Shown here in pieces: positions 50,601 to 60,400 of a stretch of DNA of 64,000 bases. Under the pieces are notes generated by a model that was not told the DNA's origin, did no database searches, and saw nothing but the letters and a program-made list of their open reading frames with translations. Position 1 is the first letter of the stretch. Every line of letters starts with the position of its first letter. Where the stretch lies: assembly GCF_036971445.1 (NCBI RefSeq), contig NC_091470.1, forward strand, positions 71,486,001 through 71,550,000, written 5' to 3'. Position numbers and translations under genes: made by a program. Origin of the DNA: Narcine bancroftii. Taxonomy: Eukaryota.

Positions 50601-51325
50601 AAGTAATCCCTTATTCCCTTAATCCTACACCATAGTAATCCCATGCCATAGGTGCTCTATGATTAGCAAAGGATTACTTAAGTGGTATGTGATTGAAAAA
50701 AAAGATGAGAACTGTCTTAAACAATATACCTCCAGAAATATCAAGATTATAGTGCAAATGCATAAATTATAGATATTTTGCTGTATTAAAAAAATATTAA
50801 AAATTGCCTTCTATCAGAAATAGAGAAGTGATGAAAAGACAAGTGAGACTGAAGGCCTGAAACAATGGTAGTCCATACATAGTACACTGGCAATTTATGG
50901 TTTTCCCTTGTAGTTTCGACAGACCAAGAGTCATTGATGGAGTCATTATTGTTAGCAAATTAGCTGGTACAATATTCAAAGTCAATGAAGACTTAGGCAT
51001 AGTAAGGTCTGAAAAACAACAATAATAAAACTGAAAATAAGGCATCAGCAGGACATATCACAAGATTAGTTCAGGAAGAAACTTGAGGAAGTGAGCTTAG
51101 TGTACCGGACAAAGTTGAGAATAGTTAAAGGTTTCAAACAATCAAGATTTTTCACAATACACATTGTGTCATGTTTTGCAGTTTTATATGAATATTTTGG
51201 CTCACCTTTTTCATAGTCTCCTTGTAGTCACAATGCATTCTTTTACCAACTTGCTTCTCTTCAATAAGTTCATCCTCCACAGCAAACAATACACCTTGCC
51301 TGACATTTTGAAGTCTAGATGCCAT
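28951..51325 (-). CDS. KATNBL1: Katanin p80 subunit B-like 1, complete spliced CDS: complement join(51206..51325,43177..43220,41201..41480,35979..36094,35695..35745,35521..35610,32784..32888,32156..32249,28951..28983), 933 nt, 310 aa
   Basis: Motifs [72 protein letters not shown] and [10 protein letters not shown] match vertebrate KATNBL1. Introns are GT-AG with consistent phases. The gene is adjacent to EMC7, as in human. Confidence 0.95.
29295..29790 (+). mobile_element. Decayed CR1 fragments
   Basis: LGISDHNSI-like endonuclease remnant followed by an RRFTRML / FTQKV..VWNKLPE C-terminal remnant; internal poly-C run. Confidence 0.6.
30255..30526. mobile_element. Tigger-like MITE (same family as 6027-6333, opposite orientation)
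   Basis: TA|CAGGTACACAATCCTTTATCCGGA ... TCCAGATAAAGGATTGTGTTCCTG|TA. Confidence 0.85.
32156..32249 (-). CDS. KATNBL1: KATNBL1 coding exon 8 (94 nt)
   Basis: tttcttccag|[31 protein letters not shown]|gtaaga. Confidence 0.94.
32784..32888 (-). CDS. KATNBL1: KATNBL1 coding exon 7 (105 nt)
   Basis: tttttttacag|[34 protein letters not shown](Q)|gtaagc. Confidence 0.95.
33190..33536. mobile_element. Complete non-autonomous hAT element with two palindromic arms
   Basis: TIR CAGTGGTTCTCA/TGAGAACCACTG; 8-bp TSD ttataaat/ttataaac. Confidence 0.85.
34326..35384 (-). mobile_element. Tc1-like transposon remnant (5' TIR and degraded transposase)
   Basis: [33 protein letters not shown] transposase motifs; TIR TA|CAGTGCCCTCCATAATGTTTGGGACA on the minus strand. 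Confidence 0.85.
35521..35610 (-). CDS. KATNBL1: KATNBL1 coding exon 6 (90 nt)
   Basis: ggttatag|[29 protein letters not shown](E)|gtaagt. Confidence 0.95.
35695..35745 (-). CDS. KATNBL1: KATNBL1 coding exon 5 (51 nt)
   Basis: cctgtag|[16 protein letters not shown](S)|gtaaca. Confidence 0.93.
35979..36094 (-). CDS. KATNBL1: KATNBL1 coding exon 4 (116 nt)
   Basis: ttacag|[38 protein letters not shown](R)|gtaatt. Confidence 0.95.
36645..36812 (-). mobile_element. V-SINE remnant
   Basis: Reverse complement of the V-domain (agggagaatgtacaaa, gaaaccaga). Confidence 0.55.
37775..38557 (+). mobile_element. Gypsy (CsRn1-like) RNase H / integrase-N remnant
   Basis: [31 protein letters not shown]; [24 protein letters not shown]. 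Confidence 0.8.
38600..39615 (-). mobile_element. Gypsy (CsRn1-like) LTR (39314-39615), PBS and gag remnant, inverted relative to the pol fragment
   Basis: Minus strand TGTAATGG...CGCTACA|TTGGTGACCCCAACAGG; gag RLPMFW..AQFQLR..VVNALDQ. Confidence 0.8.
39805..40159 (+). mobile_element. Tigger3/Golem (MER7)-like MITE
   Basis: TA|CAGTCATGCACCACATAACG...GATCCCATAAGGTTATAA at the 5' end and CAGAACGTATGATTG at the 3' end. Confidence 0.65.
41201..41480 (-). CDS. KATNBL1: KATNBL1 coding exon 3 (280 nt)
   Basis: Acceptor gtcttcacag|A; contains [14 protein letters not shown] and ends YADYFAQ; donor CAG|gtagga. Confidence 0.93.
41985..43060 (-). mobile_element. Penelope-like element remnant with RT fragments; interrupted by an RTE 3' stub (about 42378-42434)
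   Basis: [13 protein letters not shown] (PLE MDVxSLYTSIPH), MGT..SSYACL and [10 protein letters not shown] peptides on the minus strand. Confidence 0.75.
43177..43220 (-). CDS. KATNBL1: KATNBL1 coding exon 2 (44 nt)
   Basis: Acceptor tttataccag|GTT; encodes [14 protein letters not shown](R); donor AG|gtaagg; phase links the flanking exons. Confidence 0.8.
43405..44370 (-). mobile_element. Rex1/Babar LINE 3' portion
   Basis: [29 protein letters not shown] and [14 protein letters not shown] peptides; gattctga tail. Confidence 0.85.
45073..45464. mobile_element. Tigger7/MER44-like MITE
   Basis: TA|CAGTAGTTCCTCTTATCCGCGGGGGATATGTTCCAAGAC ... GGGTAACTGAAACCGTGGAAAGC..GCGGATGGGGGGGGATCTACTG. Confidence 0.75.
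47002..48051 (-). mobile_element. Solo LTR (about 1050 bp)
   Basis: TG...CA termini; 4-bp TSD CTGT (46998-47001 and 48052-48055); the host Rex1 frame resumes exactly across it; orientation is inferred. Confidence 0.8.
47587..47662. repeat. (CA)38 microsatellite
   Basis: Uninterrupted CA dinucleotide run. Confidence 0.97.
50562..50714. mobile_element. Single-arm hAT MITE
   Basis: CAGAGGTTCTCAACC ... TGAGAACTG; 8-bp TSD tcttcaac/tcttaaac. Confidence 0.75.
51206..51325 (-). CDS. KATNBL1: KATNBL1 first coding exon (exon starts at 51339 with 14 nt of 5'UTR)
   Basis: Acceptor ttttcaccctag|gattgcaagtgattATG; encodes [10 protein letters not shown]...KETMKK; donor AAG|gtgagc. Confidence 0.85.
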
Positions 51326-54059
51326 AATCACTTGCAATCCTAGGGTGAAAAGAGATCAGAATATATGCTCATGTTTTAACTAGTTCTTAGAAAAGTCAAC
51401 ACAGTGACTCGACCTAGTTGTTGTGCACAGTCCAATTCTCCTAGATTTGGTTCTCTCGCGTGCTCCTTAATTGCAAGATATCCACCTTTTTGTAAATGAC
51501 ACAAAACTGCTGAGTGAACTCCAAATCGTATTAATATCGTAGATGGACTTATTACTATTACTTATCTGTAGAAGTTCCTGCTGTAAATGAACTGAACTTG
51601 CCTGCTAAAATCTTATCAGAAAACAAAAAAATAACTAGAACAAAAATAGATTAGCAAGCACAGGAAAGTGCTCCTCTCAGTAGATGCAGTTGGCTCAAAT
51701 TGGACTAGGGAGCTGACTTGAGAAGTTAAGGCACAATGCTCTGAAGGAATAAATGACGATAAATTCAGGAATAATTTGGAAGCCAATAGCACCTAACCAG
51801 ACATATGTAATAAAATTGCTTCATTGTATATTGCTGCCAAACTCAGCATCTCAAATTTCCCTCCCAGTGCATATGGTTTCCAGATGACGTGCTCTCTGTG
51901 CCCAGATTAAGGCACTTTAAAACAATCTTCACTGTTATTTGTACATAGAAAATTATTTCAAAATGGTTTGAAAATTTTAAGGCAATGTCAATAAAAAACA
52001 GGCAAGAATCATTAACTTAAGATGTTTAAAGCCATACATATTGTCTTGTCTCAAGATTAGCCTTTGCTGTCTCAGAGCAATCCCGTTACCTAATCTATTC
52101 CCTTTCACGTGCTTATCAACTTCACTGTGATGGTTGTGTGGATGATTCTCCCAAAATTTTAATAGCTTGCTCACACGTGAATAAAGAACACGAAAGCATG
52201 GAATGAAAACTGCTCATGGACAATGAAATGCATAATATTACATTTACCAGAGTTCAGGTAGCAATGAATAAAGATCTTTAAAAAAAAAAGGTTTAAATAA
52301 TCTGAACTCAATTTAACTTTTCTCCCCAAGTGAGAAAGTTGAGGATTCCAATACTACTCAACTTTTGCACAATACCTGCACTGGAACCATGATATAGTAT
52401 GACTAGATGCCATCCAATATCGTGTTAAACATATTGTCTGCCCTCTGGGATAGATACAAAATATCTATTACCTCTACCTTGAAGAAATGGGAGCCATTCC
52501 CTGTAGCTCTGACCAACATTAACCTTGCTGCCTCCTGCAGCCTTGAGCATTATTTACCCTTCAACCAAGGGTATTTGGAGATTATCATTATTTTCTACAA
52601 CAAGTGATTTCTCTTGGGATCTTTGGAACATCTTCAAAATCTGAAGAGTGCCAAGTAATACTATTTTTTTACCTTTTCATTGCTATGGGAAATATAACAG
52701 GTCAGCACTTCTTTTGTGCTGCATGAAATGTTACACTTCTCGGCGTGCATCATGGCTAAAACTTGTGAATAGCTGATAATTGTTTTTCCAGATCTTCTTA
52801 ATTTGTAACAACTTCTGAAAAAAATAACCAACTACATCTCCTTTTCAGCCTCGTTTATGTTTCATCGCAACATTACAGTAAACAAATGCACAGAATTGGA
52901 TATTTTAGAAAAGCCTTCAAATAGCCTGCAGAAACAGAGACAGTGCAAAATCAAAAAGAGGATTCTTTGTCAATGAAACGATTATCTGTCATGCTGTAGA
53001 TTGCACTGGTGATTTGAAAATGCAGCTGGGCACCCAAGCACTGCTGCAAGCTTCACTTCTGTAAATCTGGACATAGTCGCAGGCAATTATGTCTATAGGT
53101 CCACTCCTATCACTACTTTTTTCTTAATTGAGATGATCCATTAACCAAAAGACATTGCGGAAAACATACAAGATGTATAGAAAGAAAGACTGAGAACTCT
53201 TTCATTCTGTTGACCTTTGTAAACTTTGTAAGGATTGACACTTCATTCTGGTATCACAACACTATTAACAGTACTGTAAAAACAGAAGCATTATGGGAAT
53301 TAAAAAAAACAATCCTTCAATACCTCAAAAATTAAAAACTTTGGGATATGAAAAATAATGCACATTATCAGAAATAAATTAGGGAAAACATCTCAGAAAC
53401 ACACACTGAAACTGGAATAAAAATCAGAAACAGTTTTAATTTCCATCTCTACAGAACTAGTATCGTATCCTTTGTCTCTTGATTTGATTATTCCCAAAAA
53501 AACTGAAAATGCTGGAAAACAGTCAACAGATCAGAATGAGTTACATTTCAGGTTCAGGACCCCTCATCAAAACAGTTTCTTTCCATAGATGACCTGCTGA
53601 GTATTTCCAGAACTCTGTTTCTATTTCCGATTTTAAGCATCTGCAGTTTTTTTAAAAACTTTTTGTCAACAATTCCAAAAGCTAGTAGCCAATGTTCATT
53701 TACTAACGTTTGTAAACTTGAGAGTCATCAGGAATACTGCTGTAACAACAGCTGTACCTATTGCTCTAGCTAGTGATTGTTGGCTATCATTAGTTCCTAG
53801 TTATCAATGACTTGATGCCAAATTTCTCAGCTTTGGTTTAAAACCACATAATCTCCATGACCCAATAACTCTGATTTAGAGAATCTTCAATTCTAATTGC
53901 TTCAGTGCTGGTGGCCGCACCTTCAGCCACCAAGGAATTTTCATGTTATTTTAAATTCCTCCAACTCTTCTTTTTCTTTGTATTTGGATTTCAGAGGAAA
54001 TCAAAGTGCAAGGAGACCATGGACTAAAATGAGGTTGAAACCCATAATTTGATTAGTCA

Positions 54060-54925
54060 CATTTAGAAAATGAGTATTATTGTCCATATTATAAAAGAGC
54101 ATGGAAACAGGATTTACAGTTAACTTTTTCTGACGATTTGTGGGAAAGGATTTTTAAACATAATACATCCTCCACCTGTGCCGTCACTCGCTCATCCAAT
54201 TTAAGGGGGTTGTCTACAGGGCACACGTCTAAAGATAAATTTGCCCATATATTTCCAGATGTCAACCTTCGTTGTGACAGGTGTAGCAATAGGGTGGCAT
54301 CATTAGTTCATTTATTTTTGTTTTGCCTGGTGTTGGAATCTTATTGGAAATAAATTTTCAATACTTTATCTGCAGTTTTAGCTGTTAACACAGCCGAATC
54401 TAATTACAACATTATTTGGAGTGTTGATGGAAGATGTTCATGTCGCCATCGATCGCCATGTTGTTGCATTCACAACGCTTATGGCAAGATCTACTTGCTT
54501 TGGTGATTCAATTCTGCCTACCTGTGTTCAGTGGATGTGCCAAACATTAGCTTGTTTAAATTTAGAGATTAGATGTGCTATAATTGATACCAATATTGAG
54601 TTTGATAGAATGTGGTGCCCGTTTATGAATTTTTTTCATGATTGTTAAACTTGTTTTACTATGATGTTTTCATTGTTTTTCCTTTTATGTTAAGGGAACA
54701 TTTATGTAAGGGAACATCTTCTTGTTTATTATTGGATTTTATTGTTTTAAGGCATCCCAAATTCTAATTTAGAATATTTATCTTTTCTATTGTTTTTATT
54801 TGAACAATAGAGCTGCGGGGAATCAATTACTGTTTGTTTATGATGTATATCTGTTTAATTTATAATCTGCAACCTCACATTCAATATATTATGTTTTTTT
54901 GTGTGCTTAATAAAGATTGGAAAAG
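54060..54925 (+). mobile_element. Old L1-clade 3' remnant
   Basis: WERIF..SSTCA and RCDRC...HLFLFC..LESYW zinc knuckle; T-rich 3'UTR ending aataaa. Confidence 0.75.
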
Positions 54926-55257
54926 GCCTACTTCTATTCTGATGTTTTAGTGCACCTTCCATCTATCTCTCTCCTTGATACCATGACAACATGGTGTTGG
55001 TATATAAGTAAATGACTTGCAAACCCTACTTCTTCCCCAAAATTACACAGTCCACTTGTGATTATGCAATGTAGAAAAATAAAGGGTAAATTTCACTTTC
55101 ATATATTTAACTCAATTTATTTAATGGGGATATTTGAGCATTTCAGATGATGGCAGTGCATTGCACATTTCAAGTGAGCAATTCCAGCTTGCTTCCCTGA
55201 GCCTCAATGCCACATGCATTTAAATGACCCTCAACAGGGACTTGTGTAACACTGCAA

Positions 55258-55664
55258 CTACTGACATGGTCTTTGCCCTCAGACAGCTCCAAGAAAAGTG
55301 CAGAGAACAAAACAAAGGACTCTACATCACCTTTGTTGACCTCCCCAAAGCCTTCGACACCGTGAGCAGGAAAGGGCTTTGGCAAATACTAGAGCGCATC
55401 GGATGTCCCCCAAAGTTCCTCAACATGATTATCCAACTGCACGAAAACCAACAAGGTCGGGTCAGATACAGCAATGAGCTCTCTGAACCCTTCTCCATTA
55501 ACAATGGCGTGAAGCAAGGCTGTGTTCTCGCACCAACCCTCTTTTCAATCTTCTTCAGCATGATGCTGAACCAAGCCATGAAAGACCCCAACAATGAAGA
55601 CGCTGTTTACATCCGGTACCGCACGGATGGCAGTCTCTTCAATCTGAGGCGCCTGCAAGCTCAC
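55258..55664 (+). mobile_element. Internal RTE RT fragment with a TSD but no 3' tail
   Basis: DMVFALRQLQEKCREQ..FVDL.KAFDTV; by eye identical to 4710-4963 over the overlap; flanked by AACACTGCAA at 55248-55257 and 55665-55674. Confidence 0.88.
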
Positions 55665-56579
55665 AACACTGCAAAGATAATACTGTTAAATCTAACATTG
55701 GTTGGCTCTTTGGGCAGAGGATTCCATTATTTGTTTTCAGGACAGCACAGAGTCACAGGATTAGTGCAAAAGAGATTCACTACACGTATTCCTGTATAAG
55801 AGAGTTGTTACATGAAGAGTGCCATTGTACAGTTTTCAAAAAAGTGATGTTATTGAGTCAAGATTCTGATCAGGACAGGCAAGGCAGGTATCAATCAGCT
55901 GGTAAGCAGTAAAACTGGGGCAGCAGTTTCAGGATAAAGTACAGTATCAACTACTTCAAAGACAAATTAAAAAATATATAATTGTGTGAATGGAAATTTC
56001 TGCATCAGAAGATCCTGAATGCAGAAAAATGATTTAAAAAAACCCCAAAGTTGCTGCCACAATAATAGTGAAGATTTATGAAACTAAGGCCTATTACTGT
56101 CCATACAACATTAATACAGAAACGCGAATCCAGATTCAAATGCTGCTATTTTCATGCAAAACTGTATTGGTTTTGTGCTGCATCGTTTTGTAAACGATAC
56201 ATTTTATATCGCAGTTCGAAGTAAATTGCAAGTTCTCAAATAACAGAATAACTCGTAAAATCGCTTTGACAGCATCCTTTTCACAAGTTCCCTTACGGCC
56301 ACTCCCAAGCAAACAAAATGGATTCAAACGAGGGCAGATTTGCCGTCGATGAGGCGGAATTTCACAATTTTTTGAGATTTACCCCCTACTTTAAAAAAAA
56401 ACCCAGAGCAACTTGCCAGATTTGAGTAGCTTTGGCTGCCAGCTCTGGATGCCCACAACACGTTTTAAATTGATTCGAAGATGTTGTAAACGATTTGAAT
56501 CTCCATAAAGCTTATTGGATAAAATCCTGTTAAAATTTAGGGCCAGCCTCGCTAATCCCCACTCCCCAATGTGTCAAGT

Positions 56580-56900
56580 GCGAAGCCTCAGGCCTCGCAT
56601 CGCCGACGGGGAACAAGACCACTCACCCTAACATTGTACACCATTTCACCGGGGACCGCGAGGGGGTAGAAACCGTGGCGCACGTCCCCCACACCTCCTG
56701 CTCTGCCCCTCGCCGTCGTTCGCTGATCCAACCCTCCTCAATGGGCGTGAGTCAGAGGAGCTCCGCCGGCCTATCGCTACGCCATTGGAAAAAACCCCAG
56801 AGCATCACGGGATCGACGGGCTCCTCCAGCCTGGAGGACCGAGCCGGCAGTACGCATGCGCGCTCCAGCTGACCAGCGCTGTCAATCTGTGCCCTTGAAC
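56580..56900 (-). promoter_or_regulatory. CpG island / KATNBL1 promoter and putative non-coding exon 1
   Basis: CpG-rich island; strong minus-strand donor AGG|GTGAGT (exon end 56627); NRF1-like ACGCATGCGC at about 56852-56861; CCAAT box and AP-1-like TGAGTCA nearby. Confidence 0.7.
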
Positions 56901-57494
56901 GCCTCCACCCAAAATGGCTGGAGAAACGTAGCTCATCACGCTGAGTTCTTATGTAACAAAGGTACCAAATTAACCTCCTTTTTCCGCCTTCTATTTGCAA
57001 GTCCAAATCAACTTTATGTTGTTGGATCAAATGGGTGTAAAACAAAGGGTTAAAAAGAACAAACCATGAAGGTTAACATCAAATTTGCACATTTGGCTTT
57101 GGCAGGTTCTTCATTTGTTTTGGCCATCTCATATCCTTCATGTAATCCCTCTGAATTTTGGTCTCAGTGAAAGGGAAGGCAGTAAACAAAATGGTGAAAT
57201 CTGAACCAGAATTAGTCTGGTTGTTGATTAAATTGTTGCCTCAGCGTCAGCAACATATTGTTATCGTAGATTATTGTAATATTGAGTACAGAATGAATCA
57301 GGAAATTGACAGTCCGTGTAATAGATTCATAGCAAATTTAGGAGGCTAATTTACATAACTGCTGGGTTGTCAAATAACATAGACGAGGAATTTACAGAAT
57401 GTCCACAACATGTTGAGAAATCAACACCAGAAAAAAAATCGCTTTTAGATCTTGCCTAATGAGAAGGAATCTATTTATAGTTTCGGGGGAAGTT

Positions 57495-60400
57495 AGGAGA
57501 ACAAGACCCAGTCCTCATGAGGGCTCAGTAGTGGAGAGGGTCAAGAACTTCAAATTCCTGGGTGTCAACATTTCCGAGGATCTTTCCTGGAGCCTCCATT
57601 TTGATGTAATTACAAAGAAAGCTCACCAGCGGCTATACTTTGTGAGGTGTCTGAGGAGGTTCAGTATGTCACCAAAGACTCATAAACTTCTACATGAGTA
57701 CCATGGAGAGCATTCTAGCTGGTTGCACCACTGCCTGGTATGGAGGCACCAACTCTTAGGACAAGAATAAACTCCAGAGGGTTGTTCACTCGGCCTGCGA
57801 CATCACAGGCACTAGACTTCACTCTATTGAGGACAGCTACATGAGGTGGTGTCTTAAAAAAGCAGCCACATTTCTCAAAGACTCCCACCACCCAGGGCAT
57901 GCCCTTTTCACTCTGCTACCATTGAGAAAAAGGTACAGGAGCCTAAAGGTGATGTGGTGATACAACCACTATTATAGCTGCACTCGTAATGTCAGCCAGC
58001 TGGCAGCTGTCAACCACCGGCCCATATAAAGTCTCGAGCCGGTCCCTTCCTAAATCAGTCGGGCATGTGAAACCAGAGGTTACAGAGACCTGGTGATCAA
58101 CTTTAAGCTGATTAAAGCCTGTAGTACAATCTTCTCAAGTTTTGTGTTTGTTTGCTGCACCACAGCGCATCACAATTTAATCAGCTTAAAATTTTAACGA
58201 CCATGGAGAGATTCCTCGCCCTTGAGAGACTGGACATAAACCCTTAACACCTGGACACTCTAGCATACTTAGAGATCTGAAAGCATACAATCGAGGTGAT
58301 CATCCACATTCAAGCGGAGGTCATCAATACGAACCAGAAGAAGCTCATGGTTCTATTCACCAAGCTGGGCTCCTGAGCTTTCCAGGCCATTAGAATGCAC
58401 AGACTTTGAATCTGCAATGGCCACCCTGGAAGGTGTGTACTGGCCCCCAACAAATATATTCTACAGCTGGTACCTGCTCAGCAACAGAGTACAGCAGCCA
58501 GGTGAGACAGCCAACACTTACCTGGGTGCTGTGCGAGAGCTAGCATGCCCATGCACCATTGGGGAAGTGGAGCAACTCTTCCGAGATGCATTCGTGCAAG
58601 GACTATGGTCAAGGGCAACTCAACAGAGACTGTTGGAGGAGAACAATGCCTCCCTCATCAGGGTCATGGAAGTGGTCCACTCCCTGGATGCTGCAGCTCA
58701 CCATGTGGAGGTCTTTGATGCTTGCCTCCCCCACTCACCAGCCTGACTAACACTGACAACAGCAACAGTTGCCAAAGGGCCCCACAAGGAAGAGACGATT
58801 GCCGCCAACAACACCAGGCACCGCCGTAGGTACTGAGGGTCCCGGTGTGGGTCAGACAGGCGCTCTCGTAAGAACTGCCCTGCGAGGAACTTGCACTGCT
58901 CTTTATGTGGATGAAAGGCCACTTTGCTAAAGAGTACCTCTCCAAACACACCGGGAGCACTGCAGCCCTCCGTGACCAGCCGGGAGTGCCTCCTGACCTC
59001 TGGGCACCTCCATGCCATTACCCTGCCCATTGCTTCTGCCTGCACTGATGTCACTTCCGGCCCAGCTGTCGAACTACACTACTGCCTTGTGCTCACCTTG
59101 GGCGCCATCATCTTTCGCCACCGAACCTCTGCCCTCACAGATGACGTCACTTCCAATGACATAACTTCCAGCCGAACATCTGCCGCAACGGTGACATAAC
59201 TTCCGGCTGGGCTGCCAGGCTGAGCTGACGCTGTGAGCGTACCCTTGGTGCTGCCATCATGGGCCAGCTGACCCCCATCCACACTGACCCGAGCTGCACC
59301 AGCACACCGACCAGATGTCATGATAAACATGTGCGTGCACAGAACCGCGCACTGGTCGCACTCCACGCTCCAAAGGCCATCCAACATCTGCTGCTCATCA
59401 CAACCGTTGGGGAACAGTGACTCAAACCCTGAGGTGGTCCTAGCATCCACCAAGCTGACAGAGGACATTCCCCATGGACCAGGGTGCTCAATAATGGACA
59501 TTGCTGTCAATGGGAAGGTAACAAAATGCCTGTTTGATAGCGGTTGTACTGAGAGCTTTGTGCACCCAATGGTGGTCCAGACAATGAAATTCAAAGTGTA
59601 CCCAACAAACCTCCTCTTCGCTTTTGCATCCCAGGACCACTCGAACATGGCACAGGGGTGCTGCTCAGTGAACTTGACAGTCAGGGGGGAGACTTGGTCA
59701 TGCCCAAGCTCTGTGCTCCAGTTGTCCTGGGACTAGATTTCCAGTGTCACCTCCACAGCCTCACTCTTGCCTTCGTTAGCCCACTCCCCCCACTCACTGT
59801 CCACAACACAAAGACCAGTGAACATTCCAAATCCATCGGCAGACTCTCCACCCTTTGGGTATCTCCGCCATTCCTTTTCAATTACCTAACGCTGGACTGC
59901 AAACCAATAGTGGCCAAAAGCAGGTGCTACTGCACAGCCGAAAGGGGAAATGACTCCTGGCGGAGGGAGTTATAGAACCCAGCAACAACCCCTGGACAGC
60001 CCAGGTCTTAGTAGTAAAAGGGGGCAGCAAGATGAGAATGGTCATCAATTATAGCCAGACCATCAACCAGTACACCCAGCTAGGCGCCTACCCACTGCAT
60101 TGCATTGCTGACATGGTCAATGAGATTGACCTGAAGTCAGCCTACCACCTGTTCCTCATTCACGCCCAGGACAAACCTTTTACTGCCTTTGAGGCAGATG
60201 GACATCTCTACCAGTTCCATCAGGTCCTGTTTTGGGTCTCCTTTTATTAGCAGGAGATGGACCATATAGTAGACTGGCACAAACTAAAAGTGACCTTCCT
60301 GTACCTAGACAATGTCACCATCTGCAGCCATGACAAGCAAGACCATAATGCCAACCTGGAGGGGTTTCTCCAGACAGCAGAGATGCTAAACCTCACCTAT

